Positions 14,501-29,500 are shown, numbered from the stretch's first letter. The stretch: 64,000 bases of DNA from Tubulanus polymorphus (GCF_964204645.1 NC_134028.1:17987653-18051652); one strand, 5' to 3'. A program made the numbers and translations. Notes: generated from the sequence alone by a model not told the origin.

Positions 14501-17500
14501 AGGGGTTTCGTCTTTGAAAGCCCATAACTTCCGAACAAAGCGTCGGATCTTGGCGATATGAAGTTCTTCCGATGCAAATAGCATTGAATTTTCACATGTG
14601 TTATTTGGACAGTTTAAGATGCTGCATAAAAAACGTGCTCAATAAATCGATTTTTGAACTTTTTGGTAAATTTCTCAAAAAATATGTAACCCACGGCTTT
14701 CAACTTTGCGCACCATAAAGAAAAACCAAATACAAACTATATTTTTGCTTAATCCGTTCAATTGACCCATTAGTAGTGAGATTACAGGCTACTGAAATTT
14801 AGAGTGTGCTAAAAATAGCTTTGAGCTAAGTGTATTATGCACACGAATGATTATTGATCGGCCAGACCGTTGACATGGGCTGCTTTAGCGAGCCAACTAG
14901 CCAACTGGCACTATTCTACAATGTGACCATGTCTAGTGCCCTATAGCCTCACCTGCAAAAACAAGTGTCACCAACATCAAGCAATAAAGGTTCTGCCAAG
15001 TAGTATTCTGTCAGATCAACTGAATCACCTGGCTAGAAAACCTAGTTTGTTTGGTAGGTGTGTCCAGAGGTTTGCAAGCTCAGGAGAGTCCAAATTTGGG
15101 TCATTTGGACTCGACACCTCAGAGCAGCAACTAATAAATACTGGAACTTCTACACTCTCATTTTCGTTAACTATTTAAGCGAGTTGGAATTAAGTTATTT
15201 GGCGTGTATTTTCGAAAAAGACTGAAGTTTACAGTCATTTAATGGTTATTGTAATAGGCCTCTGTACAATTTTAAGACTTGAAGAAGTTTCGGTCTGCAT
15301 TTATTAGCAGAACCTGTCCTGTACAACTATAAATTACTATTTTGTATTATCATGTATAACCATGTATCATCTATATCATCCCATTCGGACTCGACACCTC
15401 AGAACAGCAACTATAAAATACTGGAACTATATTCTACACTCTCGCTTTCGTTAACTTTTTAGGAACTGGTAACCGGACTAAAACTCTGTTACTTCACTGG
15501 TGGAGAACCGATGGGCAGGACTGCTCGATTAAGACCTGTACCTCTCATGGAGCTTAATGGGTTGTAGACAACCCAGCATTTACCATAAGTCATCAACAAC
15601 TAGAAAACAGTTAAAAGGATTACCGGTGGAATTACAAAAGGAACTGCTGTGGACTGAAGTCACCAGTTCAGCTCAACACCCCTCCAAATGCGGTATCGCG
15701 CAGTGGCTAAGTGATTTTGATATATACGCGCGTCTGTGCAAAATCGAAGTTGCAGACAAATTGGACCTACTAATATTCCACTTACCGGTCGGTTATTGAA
15801 AACCAACCTAAGGAACAGAGGGAAAATTTGGACAAAGTTAAAATCGCTCTGAAGGCTCGCTTTCAGCCGGTAACGATTTGATGTTTAACCTCGTTCCGCC
15901 ACTGGTGACTGAATCTATTGATTCATACATGGCTCGTGTAGAGAGAGCTGCTAGTGAATCTACCATGCAATGCGTGGTAGAGGTGGCCATCAAAAACATG
16001 AAACCAGCCATAGCAACTAATGTTAGAGGGTACGCCTGCGATTCATCAGCCAAAGTATGGGAAATAGCAATCAGAACCAAGAGCACGCTATTACCAACAT
16101 CGGCGGCGCTTGCCGCTCCAGTGTGCACTGATTCTATACAAAATGGGCTAGTTGAACAGATAATTTTGAACCATTTCCAAACTATAAGAAACTATTTTAT
16201 CAACATCCTAAATTCTAATTGGTATATGGGTGTAGCCTAACATAAATCAATATTCTATTTCATCATGGCAACCTTGAACTCTTAAACATCATCAGTTTAA
16301 ACGATATTGAAAGTGTATTCGGTGTATAAGTCGACCTACGTTTTTGGAAACGACAACTAATGGACTCAACTTATACACCGGAAAATACGGTATGTAATCA
16401 ACCTATTAAACTTAATAACTCATTTCAACCTATAGAAATAGATCTAGTATTTTCATATTTATATCTGTTATCTGACCAATGACAAGAATCCAGCTAGTGA
16501 TTAAATACATTTCTCATCATACAGACCATTTCTCATCATAAAGAGCAATTTTCAAAATAAGAAAATTCTGACTTTGAAACAGAAATTCATTGAGGTGAAA
16601 TACTTCAAAACTGATTTAATACTTTCCTCTAGATTAGCAGATTATTATATTCGGCTTATTGGGTGGAAAATATGGTAAACCAATCTACTAATGCATGTTT
16701 CGTTGTAGCAACTTACACTGAATTTACTGATGTAAAGAATGGCAAAGTCTCCACGCAATGTAGACTGTAGATTCTCATTAGCCTTCTCTTTCACTTCTTC
16801 TGCAGGATATATCTGACCACTGTCTGGGTTAATTACATGATAATGTAAATCAGTTCTAAAAAATATGAAAAAGTGGCAGGCATATTTAAAAAACTATCCA
16901 AAATCATGCACTTTTATCAAAAGCCTCATTTGCATAATACAATTTGGAGCTTGATACCCTACATCATTTTCTTGAGAAAAGATGGATTTAAAGTTATACT
17001 TATGGTTTCCACTGAAAGTCCATGGCATTCATATGATGGCGACACCAGATATATCATAGCAAAACATGGTATAATATGTAAGGGTTGTCTTGATGCAATA
17101 TGAAAATATGGTAAAATCCCACAAGATACATAAGATACATGAGTCCGAAAGGTTTTTCTTGTTTATACTTGACTTTCAACCTTTTGACTATATACTAATT
17201 GTCATCTGCAGGAACACTTACGGTACAACAGAGATTTTGAGGAGTTATACAATTCAAAACAAAGCCTAATCAAGATTGAAACCAGAAGTGATACAAACTA
17301 AATGATAACGCAACATAGAAACAAGATTAAAGATGAGCAATCCAGGAAGCAATTACTTAAAACACCCGGGCCCATTTTTATGGACTGGTATTGACTTTAA
17401 AGGTCAAATGCCCTCTAAATAGAAATTTGTGTTAATCCTATTTTTTGAATGTGATATGTATATAAATGATAAGTATGTTACTAAATTTGATTTTAGTACA

Positions 17501-20500
17501 GCCATTACTGAGAAATAAGTCGGCTATTTTTACCGGCTTCCCGTACACAGCAAGTGCGCATTTGCTGTAAAAAACCCATGATCACTGACATCATTGTAGT
17601 CAAACACAAATTTCAATGCGTGTTGTACCACTGAAAAATAATGAGCTGTTGGTACGCTTTGTGAAGAGCAAAACTATGGCAAACTAATAGATTTCCTTTG
17701 AACTTAGCTTTATTAGATAGATTTTAACCCATTAGCACTCAAGCCGCCTGTATCTGCCCTGCCTATTACTTCTCAAGCTGCCTGAATCTGCCCTGACACT
17801 TTTTTCGTCTGCTGCACAAAAACGGTTATAGCGAGATTTGAACCCAATAGCTTATGATCACTTAGACACCCATGTCCTTATAATACCGTACAGAAATCAA
17901 CATCTTCCTATTTGAGTATTTAAAGTAAGAACATAACAGATCTAAGCGCTCACTTCGAATCCAAGTTAGTTGGGGTGAATTTCGAAAGCTAAAAGGACAC
18001 GATTTTGGTGGCCGACCTTGTCAAATCTTATATCATATGAACGCATTGACTATTTACTACAAAATAACACAAACTTGTAATGCATGAAAATAAACAGCAA
18101 ATGAGCTATTCAGTATCGTGATAAACTTGGATTTTCCCTTGAATTTTTTGAGGAGTTATTGACACTACATAGTGACATTCGTGAGTGCTAATGGGTTAAA
18201 ACAATCCTTGATGCAATGAGCTGTGTACGTCTGAAATAATCCAACAGTTTCCAGTCTCTAATCCCGCACAACATAACCAATGTTCATAATAGCATATCTA
18301 ATCTTTTTAGAAGTTGTTTAAGATTCCTAAATTCTTACTGGTGTCTAGCGTTGCTGCCATTATACATGACACAATAAACATACAATGGATAGCCAGCAGT
18401 ATAGAGCTGTAAATAATCTGAATGAATTATGTTGTTTTGTAGATTCTATATATATAGGCTATGAGTACTGAGTTCACACAGATGTATGTTCGTTTAGCAA
18501 AGATGACTCATGATTGCAGGGATCAAATCTATACAATCATCTTCAAAATAACCAATGGTTGTAATGCATCAATTTCAGTACTTTTTACACTGCATCTCTA
18601 CTTAATTTTTATTATATGCAAATTCATATATAATTAGGTAATTAAGCGTTTGTTATTCAGGAACATATATTTGAATTCGCAGCGTCTAATTGGTTAACGC
18701 TAGGGTTTACTCAATTCATTTTCAAATGATTTAATCCGGAAAAATGATCACATTCTATATATCTGTACTTTGATTTCTGATTTCAAAATCACACCCCCTG
18801 TTCCGCTCCTAGAAGGTGTGGTTTGTATGTGACAATAAATCAAAACACATCATAACAAAATCTACCAATCACATTATTCACAGGGTAAATCCGGATATTA
18901 AGATAAAAAAACCAAACATAATTGGTGAAAGAAACTATGTTTTGAAAAGTTATAAACATGCAGATAAATATGGTGGAATTTTCTGCACTGTGACGGACAG
19001 GGTCCAGCCGAATCCGTATTTTTATGTTATCAAGTCCGAATACCGAAATACAGTGTAACTGTGGAGACCAGAAGAACCTCTCTCCGGTGTGAATAACATC
19101 GAGGCAAGTCGAATATTATCTATTGTTCGTGTTCAATCTATCGTGATCTGTTCCTTTAAAGGATTCATTTGTGCACTATTGTCACACACACACAACAGAG
19201 GCAATACTATTTGAGCACCTTTTTACACACGCAGATAAATATGGTGTACTTTTCTTAACCTAAATACACTTGCAGATGAATATGGTGGGCTTTTCTGCAC
19301 AGCTAAATATGGTGGACTCTACTGCGTATTTTTAAACATGCAGATAAATATGGTGGAATTATCTGCGCCTTTTCGAACAGGCAAATATGGTGTACTTTTC
19401 TGGGGTTTCTGTGATATATGGGATAGTGGATTGGGGCTCCATATGGGGCCATAACACAATTGCAAGCAGGAAACAATCAATCGAAAAAGCAAAAACAGGG
19501 AATCGGTTATACTAACTACCGAGATCAGCATTACTGACCAACCAAGATGGACTGAATGAAATAGCTCCCATTTTCAGTTTTTGTTTGTTTTTGGTCCACG
19601 TCGTTTGAATCTTGGTTTCCCAAGACTAACTGAAGTGTTGCCCGCTGTTTCAGAGATGTTATTTCAGCGCCTTAAATTAAACATTTATTATAATTTTTCT
19701 ATATATTAGGCCTAGCTTTCCTAATAAAATCTAAGTACAGTCCTGCTTTATTGACCCTCACAAAAAAATTGTTCGAGTAACGCAACTTCAGAGTAATGGG
19801 ACCAGCTTTAACTAATCTTTTAATTTATGGATTTTCGGAGTAATGGGTCTTTGCAATAATGGAACTTCGGAGTATTGAGTAATGAGACAACGCCCTAGGA
19901 TCATGGATACAGGCAAATGACGCATTAAGGCATTTTTCCATAGGATTATCATTTCTATATGATACAGCTAGAAACGATGCCTATATGGTCTCCCGACCAT
20001 AAAAATCATGATCAAGCATCCCAGAACAGAAGGACAAGCTATTAAATTCTGTGACTGTCTGGAAAATGTGCAACAATGATATACTGCACTGTGGGGTACA
20101 CCCGTAACCCGCACCCGTATCCATAATAATTCACTGTGGTATAAATTTCAGAAATGTTGAATTAACTTCCGACATTTAAGTTGAGAAAGTGTCAGAACTG
20201 AGAGGTAACACTGGAAAAACTACTTGTTGGAAAAAATGGCGATGGCTCATTCTGATAAGGGTACCTAATCAACTGCATGATGAGGGTGCATGGGTCGAAT
20301 ATCCCTTGCTGAGAAATATGTACAATGTTTACAAGGATTTACACAAGATTTACAATGTTCTTATACGTACTGATCAAGATGTATTTTGTTATCATCTCCA
20401 GCATGAAACCTCAGATCACTCACGCAAACCATTCCATTATCCATCGCTTTCGATAACACGCTATATGAAGATACAAAACTAAAGGTAGTTCACATTCTCA

Positions 20501-23500
20501 AAATATACGAAAAGACCAGCAACCAAATTTTATACTTTCATGACTTAAAACTAACCAATACTCATTTCAATATAGAAACTAATCGTAACAGTCTATTTTT
20601 TTAAATATAGAAATATGCCTTGAACTTACTTGATATAATCTTGTAGGTAACTATTAACCTTACTTGGTGAACGATTGATAAGAACTTTCACTGTCTCAGT
20701 TGGCTGTGTCACATATATCTGGAAGTTGGAAGAACATGGTTTAAGACAAACTAAAACATACACCAATCATGTTAAAACCTAATTGTAAAATCATATCTCC
20801 AATAAAAATATTTCCAAATGGACATATGTGAGAGGCTTTTTGCTTATTAAAGATTTGGTATACTGAAAACATTTGCAGCAGCACCATGATACATGAACAT
20901 AGCTACGTGGTTCCCACCCTTGAAGCGAAATATAACTATAAACCTTTCCCTTACAACTTAATTATTGTCAAATAACATTTTTAGCATTTTTTCCAATTTC
21001 AGAGATGAGAACGTCGACCTTTTAAAATCTGGGGTTTTTTCTTGACTTACCCACTCGAACCAGCTGATGGCGCGGCTGTCAGCACTAGCGAGGGCCGAAG
21101 CTACTTGGGCCGGGACGGGGGGGGGGGGGGGGGGGGGGTTAGGGGTCCTCAACCAAGAAAATGCTATTTACAATGTGGTATATCCTTATTCAAAGACAAT
21201 CAGCATCTCATCGCCCTGAATTATTGCAGTTAAAATGCGCCGATGAATGCGCACTCTAAAATCATCACACAGTGTATAATATCTGAAGGCGTTCAGCACA
21301 TACACGCGTGGCAACAGTCGTAGGCATATACATTACAACTGTTGACACGCACGCGTGTCTGCAACCGATCGGTAAACTACATACACATCCATAAATTGTA
21401 GTAGATACAAAATCAGTGTTGCAATGCAATATGCCACGATAAGTAAACCAGGCGCTGAACGCTTTTACGGTTCACCCGATTACCAATCGTGCCAGACCAG
21501 CTGAGCAAGACCATCATACCCTACCCCCCATATACTTTTACATCATTTTGGGACTATTTTGAAAAATGATATTTTTCAATACCGAAATCCGCAGTATCCC
21601 GCGGATCCGCGGGGAGTTCTCATCTCTGCAATTTGGTGGTATTGTTGGAACCATGTAGCTATGGACATTGAAAATGACTGTGCGATGTGGTTAAAGAGAA
21701 CATGAATTTGCAGATAATTTTCTAGTATTCAAAGTTATAAGTAGCCTAAGAGTATCATTTGGTGTGCATGAATCCTTAAAGTATCTCTATACGTACAGGT
21801 TATCACTCAATTGAGTTAAAACACATGTAACGCAATAATCAACATAGATCATTTTCAATAGTAATAGAAAAGTGAATGAATGGCAGTAACCAATGATTCA
21901 GTTTATACCCATAAGTGATGATATTTCCCTATCAGCAAGTATCTATCTGATGAAATAACCGGAAAGACAATCCAACTTATTATTATCACATACTGGATGG
22001 CTCCTTTATTAACTTACACTAGCAGTGGCTGAGTCAGAATTTGACTGTCCTGGATTTGAAGCCCTCATTTCCAGTCTGAAGTAAGTATTTTGATAACCAG
22101 TCATTTCTTTCTTTAAATAGATCATTCCGCTATTTTCGCCGATGTAAAAAGCTTCAGGATCAGAACTCCCAAGGCGATCTTTAAAGTTTCGAACCCGTGT
22201 AAGTTGATATTTGATTTTTCCAGCTTCTCCAGCATCCAAATCATAAGCCCTCATGGTTAACACAGATTTTCCAGCGGCATCATTGACCGAAACACATGCC
22301 GAGTAACTAGCATATTGGAACTTGGGTACATTATCATTTATGTCATCGATAGTAATCTTTACAGTGACGGTTGAAGGTTGAACTATTGCCGATCTCCTCT
22401 TACGAGTGATCAGTTTGAAATTCTGTGGGTTTATCATATTTGTCGCACGAACTTCAAGAATGTATTGTCGTTTGACTTCACGATCCAGAGACTTCTTGAG
22501 GTTAAGCTTACCACTCGTTTTTTCCAATTCAAAATTATCACCCTCATTTCCATCTGAAATTTATGTAAATCAATCAAATATTCTAATCAAAAGCTAAATA
22601 TTGATATATAATTGCTGATCTCAATGCTCTCTAGTGTAAATCTTTGGCAACGCATCATAACTTCTCAAAGAAAATGTTTCCAGCTACACACAGAACACAA
22701 AGTTTGTTCTAGGCCCATATTTGGCTGAAATTACATTATGCGCAGGCCTGTACATATGGGAGAGTGGTTCGGACACTATTCTATATTTTGAAAAAATATT
22801 TTTCGTAATATGAAAAATATCTAGATTAAAAATTCATATGATTTCACCAATCAGAGGGTGGCAGAATGTTGACTCTTGGCAACCTCTTTCAATATAGGAC
22901 CGCATAAACTACCGGTACTGTAAAATATGGGTGTATGAAGTTGATCGTTTGACCCTGGATTTTACCACTAATATATTGACCTTACCGTGCGAAACAATAT
23001 TTTGTTGCTTAGTATTTTTAGGTCACAGGAAATAACAATTTATTAGAAATTCTACCAAACAGAAAACACAGTGCTCATCTTCTGCTATAATAGTTTAAAC
23101 AATCATTCATTATTCATAAATTATAAATACTTTATTAAAAAAGGTCTTTTATTTGGTGTGCGTGTGGGTGTGTGCGCATGAGTGTGCACGTGTAACAGAC
23201 GTAACAGTGTTAAGTGAACGTTTGCTTACACCTCAATCAGAACAAACTACGGGTATCAAATGACGACGGATGTAAAATATATTCTCACAAGCTGAGCATT
23301 CGGAATTCGCACGTGTACGGTACCTCACCAAATAATGGCTTTCCCATAATTACGTTACAAGTGCCAGAATTTCCTGTACATCCCAAAATACAGCCAATCA
23401 CATTCGCTTGTAGAAAAGGTCATTGGAATTCTCTAATGCAAGAACTAAGAATTTTCCCGAAATTTTTACGAGGCTGAAAATGTCATCAACGGAGGTTGTG

Positions 23501-26500
23501 CATGCCTTTAATTACACCATTTATACGTCATTTAGGCAGAGAACCAATGAAATAAATGCTCACACAAAAAACGTCCCACAATCGTATATAGAGGGCTCAA
23601 TGCCAACTCCACTATCGCTAACAAAGGTAAACCAAAAATATCACAATTTTCCCTGATTGTGCTTCGCGCCTGCAGCGATTGCACAGTCTTGCCTACCGCC
23701 ATCTCTATTGGGTGCCTTTTTGGTGATATTGCCCTTTTTCAAGTAGAACCCCCAAAAAGAATTCTGTGTACGGGCCTGACATGCATCCCGCATAAAAATC
23801 ATATTGTTCAATATGAAAAGAATACTGTTAAACAATATATGTCGCCCCGGAGTAAGCAGACTGTTAGAGACAAGAAAAAGCCAAGTGACAGATTGAATAC
23901 TTCAAAGAAACCAGTAAAGTTCATTAACTTAGAAAGAATTAATGGTTCAAGTGCAGTATAGAAAAACCTCAACCCTCACACCAAATTTCAAGGAAATCCA
24001 TAAAAAATTGCAGGCTGAATTGTGCTGTCAAGAAATTCAAGACGGCTTCAATAGGGGCTGACATCTCACAGGCCCGAATACTGATAAGCAGTTTCAGGGA
24101 AATTCATCACGAATTACAGATCGCATAACAACGGCAGCAGTTGGATGTAAACTAGATGTCACTTGACCACAGAGACACAATGACACAGCAATGATATGTT
24201 CCTAAATAATACAGTATGAACAAATCATTAGTCCACTAAATTGAGGGGCTTCTACTTACAGACAATGTGGTAATAAATGCTGGCATAATTTTCCAAGTCC
24301 TTGTCAGTAGCTTTTAATATCCCTATCAGTGAACCAACAGTAGCATTTTCTAATACCGTAAAATCATAAGGTTTCACTGATCCATTCTGAAATATGGAGT
24401 ACAGAAACATTTGAGCAAACAGCATAACACTCCCAAATTACATTTGCATGAAACTGGATTGTTTGAAAAACATAGTTCAATATACAGAGATGCTAGGGCC
24501 AAAGTACCAAAATTCTGGAATTTAGAACGGGCGTTTTTGCATCGCCGGAGATGCAGTGTCATGATCGGCATCTTTCATCTGAAAATACAACGGCAGGCAT
24601 TCGTTGTGCTTCACATCCCTCGCTGCCTTCTTATGCCGCGCGCTATCCGGGTGACGAAGAATATCTTTTTTCCCGCCACTACCGTATTTGACCTGGTCTT
24701 TACAAAGGACGCAGTACGCCATGCCAGCTAAGTCTATCTTACGAATGTAGTTCGATAAGTAGTCCCCGTTACTGTTCTTACACTCTAGCCATTGCCAGTT
24801 AAATTTATTTTTTATACGGCTGTCAATTGCCTTTATATCGGCGGACTCCCGACTGACAATCTTTCCGTGCGTGCTCATTTTGCAGACCGTCCCGCAAAAA
24901 GAAAGTTACAAAGCTGCGTGCCTCAGGACATAGCACGCGCGTGGTAATAATTAAGATGATATTCATTAAATATTATCTTAATTATTACCACGTGCATCTT
25001 CACATTGTTGGCCGTCAGCGGGACGATGTACAACGGCGCGTAAAGATAATTGACTTTTAATTGGAAATGGCGTCACAACAGTGGCGCTCCGCCTACGCAC
25101 GCACAGATACCACAACAAGCACACATATATACATTGTAGCAGAACGTCCTCGGAAACAGAGACCAAGATAAAATAACACAGAAGCGACGACGAGTACAAA
25201 CAAACGAACGCTTTTACGGTCCGTGCCATTACTGGTCGCCGCGAGGAATTCTCACCAAATTTCCGGAATTGACATCGGCGATCCTAAATTTCCGGAATTC
25301 CGGATATTTCCGGAAAACTAATATCTCTGAATATAGCTGTGATGTGGTGATGAGGTTTACTTCCTAGCTAGTTTATTCCTGTACCATCCCAGTTAACATT
25401 TCTAGTCGGCCCGACGTCGGCATTGAGTCAGATGAAGTCGGCATTTGGACGTGGGTCGGCAAGGAGTCGGCTTCGCCATCGGGCCGACGTTTCCACGCCG
25501 ACCCTGGCGGGGCGAATACTTATTTCTGATGCATTCGCTCTAATTACAGCACAATATATGATAGTAAATATTATGTAGGTACGTATAGCGTTGTTTTGTT
25601 TCAAAATTATCAATTCTTGATACGGTCATATTTTCGTTGTCGCACCAACGTTGGCCCGTTAACCATATGCCGACCAAGATGGTGGTGCCCTCTTTCGTCC
25701 CATTTGAGAATTATTTAAATAAGGACGATTTCTTTCAATACTTCTGTAATTAATCAATGATACACCTATACGTTTGATTATATGTTATTAAAAAAGGTTG
25801 TTAAAGAACTGAATAAAAAATTGAAAGTTTTATTTATAATGAGGCCAGCGTGGTGCGCAGGTCTACCGCCGCCATTTTGGTTCCATTCTGTTTGCTCTTT
25901 TGTTCGTATTCTTTGTTATCAAAATCGCTATTCATCAGTGTCTTCTAGTTGTATCAGGTGTAATTACAAGTGTTACATTCGGTAAGTGTTATTGTATTTA
26001 CATGGTATTTGATATTTGCGCCTGAGTTGCTTCAATTTTCTGCTTGATTAATGAAATTGAAAAAGGCCTATTTGAAGCAACATCAAATTCAATGCATTTT
26101 ATTGCTAAAAGAACACTTAAAATAATAGGTTATTAGTACCATTATGTTGTAATGATTACAAATGTGATTGATTTAGGTTAAATAGCTGATATTATGGATA
26201 CATCATCAGGTTTTAGGGCATCTTGAGCTAGTACTAGGCTGCTGCTTACGCCGCTGGACTGAAAATGAGAAATATCCCCAAAAATTGCGATCCCAGACAA
26301 AAAGAATAGACTTTAGCTAGACCTAAATTGGCTCATTACTATGGTCTCTATGAAGTTGATACAACTAATAAATACAATTGTTATACCAGTTTATTTTTGT
26401 TTTAGGGTTGTCACAGCAATCGAGTAATTTGAGGGCATGTTCTACAACAGTACAACGTCGAAGAGTGTGACATATCACTTCCCGAAGCTTCACTCAACGA

Positions 26501-29500
26501 TATCCAGTCAGGATCACTTATTTACTGGTGACATTTTAGAAGCAGTACGCATGATCCCTTCTTATAAAAGACTCCAACAATGAATGAATGTATCAATTTT
26601 TGTTTTGTACATGTAATTCTCTATCGTTGTCTCAGGTATCTTATGGAAGAGGTTCCTCAAACTCAGTTCCTGGATGACGTTGCAAATGACAAATAGTCGG
26701 GGAATCGACAAATATGGACGGGGTATGGTCAGATAAGGGTCAGGTGAGGTTGGCAAACGGTCGGGGAACTGACGGACATATTATTAGGCAGTCAGCAAAA
26801 TGTCGGCATACTGATGAAAACTGAAGTCGGGTCGACTACTACCCGACGAGCACGCCCATCGGTGGGACGACTGTGACACCGACTAAGGGCCGACAATCTT
26901 GCCGACTTTTTTTTGGACGTCGGGCCGACTAAAAATGTTGACTGGGTAGTAGTGAATAGATCAATGCACCACATAGCAGCGAGTTTGTGTGTTTGTGTGT
27001 GAATGCGCATGTGCCTATGCATGTGTGCACATGCACCAACGGTTTCCATGTTTTTTTCACCTCAATGTACTGAGGAATGTACTCAAAAGTCAGATCAAGT
27101 TAACCGGTGGATAAGCATAATGGTCACAATGAAGTCTTAATGAAAGTCGTATTGTCATATTGTCAACTATCAACTGGTTAAAATTAACTAACTTACTGAT
27201 CCTTGATGAGTGATAATAAAATAACTATGGAATACCTTGTATCTTGGAAATTCTGGCTGATTATCATCAACATCCAATATTTTCACTGTAAGAAATCGAC
27301 TGGTTTCAAAGGGGGTATCTCCACTGTCTTTGGCAACCAATAGCAACTGAATGTATAAGACAAATATTGAATAGATTGAAATGAAATCTTTTGGCACAAT
27401 TGAATGAAAGCTTAATCATGTTCAAACATTATTCAGATTGGTATGAAAACAAGGAAACACTTACGGTATATGTATCTATAAACTCTCGATCATAAACTTG
27501 TTCTGCGCGAATCACACCAGTTATGGGATTGATCCGGAATTCGGGAGTTGCAGAAACAAAAGTATCTCCATACATGAAACCGTATGTTATCTGACCGCTA
27601 GGACCTTCATCATCATCTATAGCTAGGACTTGATAAATAAGCATTCCCAGGTATTGATTCTGCAAATTCAATTCAATAAAATTCATTTCAGTTTGTACGC
27701 AATTATCATGAATCCTGCTAACAATTTCACAATCATGTACTGTCCTGAGTACTAAGATTATGAATATTAACGATACAAAAGAAATTATCAAGCAGTAAAC
27801 AAAAATCAGCTAAAAGATACATGGACTCCTAGTTGACAGTCATATTGTATTTTTCAGCTAATCAGCCTCCTGTGAGTTAGTGGAGTGCAGGTTTTTTTTT
27901 AGCCTAAATAGGTACCTTTAAAGATCCTTTATAAAATATGAACCAAGTTATCATCCAAACATGAAATAGGAGCCCAAGGGACACCATGCCCACTTGGAAA
28001 GTGGTTTCAAATGCTCAACAATCTAACAGTTTCAACAAGAGCCCCAAGGGGCACTATGGCCAGCCTGTCAGCTTTTCATAAAATGGCAAATGATGATGCA
28101 TTCTGTGGGTTAAATTTGTCAAAATACACTCCCAGCTGAGAGTCAATACCTAATAATTTACACAATACAATCGTAGAATACATAAGTAGCACAGACAGCA
28201 CCTGGATCTGGCAAGAACAAATACCTCAGATAAATCTTTTCCCTTGGTCTTATTGATTTTAATTTTCTGAAATTTTCTCAATATAACAAAATTGAATTGG
28301 ATTTGATATTTTTTGCAGAATAAAATTTGTTTGAATTTGTAGTTTGAGCACATGGCTAATTAGCATATCAAGGTCATCTATCCGATTTAAGAAAAAGCTA
28401 TTTCTTCCAGACTTTGCACAATGGTCAATGATATTTTCTGTAGTGCTAATAAAAATATTCCTCCCAAAAACCAAATCAACCAAAGCTTTCACAGAAATCG
28501 ATCTTGAAATACAATTTTAGATCTAAAAATTAAACCAGGAAGTAAAACGGTAGACGATACCGCAGGTTCATGTGAACACCTCCTGATTTCTGCGGCTAAG
28601 CCAATCATAGAGGAGTCTTTGCTTTCTGATTGGCTTTTCAAAACCGATATTTTTGCGATCAGATATTCAGGAAAAAGCTCATATAAATTTCAACGAAGTC
28701 CCCTTTCAAAATTCAGCTACGTAGAGTTTGGAGAATGGATAATGCTTTAATGAATGATTTCTATGAATATATGCTCAGTTGCACAGACAAAGAGCCTTTG
28801 CTCTGGAAACCATGTCATTTAAATTCACTCCATTTGTATAGTAATAGGCCAGCCGTATGAATGATTTCTATGAATATATGCTCAGTTGCACAGACAAAGA
28901 GCCTTTGCTCTGGAAACCATGTCATTTAAATTCACTCCATTTGTATAGTAATAGGCTCAGCCCACGGCTGGCCTAATAATCAATGCCCCTGGTGAGGATA
29001 TCCTGACACCAATGACCTTGACATTCACCACAATCCTAGAACATGTTACCAGCTACAATTTTGCATTTGATTGTGATTACAATCTACGCTTGGGTACTAA
29101 TATAATATTAAACAAGAGATCCACGGATCTTAATATCTCGGGCGCAGAATGTTATCTTTGTAATGTATAGGCGTCATCTGATTGATGCATCTTTAAGGTT
29201 TTCCTTGAACACTTCATGGATGTGTAAAATCTGCTGATTTCGGTGAACAACATCATCAAAATCTAATCAGCAATCATCGCGGCAATACACGAGCTTTGGG
29301 CCTATTCGATTGTGCGCGCATAATCTTCCGTGAAGTAGCGTATCGATCGAATCTTCGGTTATTTGCATAATGAAATAGATATGGGGAGACGGAATCGATA
29401 CTACGGCTATCAAATTAGAAATAAACATATAAGACTCTCCCATGACTAGGAAATGAGAAACTAAAACAAAGCAGATTAATAAATAAGATTTAAAGACCGG

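Noticed and set aside
18339-18406. Exon-like segment on the minus strand (ttacag...gtaaga)
   Set aside because: Its 68 nt break the phase between 20371-20460 and 16717-16855, which already join in frame.
20658-20664. Internal gtaagg donor in the 20630-20718 exon
   Set aside because: It gives phase 1, incompatible with the next exon; the gtaagt donor at 20629 fits.
20958-21233. Poly-Pro and poly-Gly ORFs
   Set aside because: Artefacts of a poly-G tract inside a MITE.
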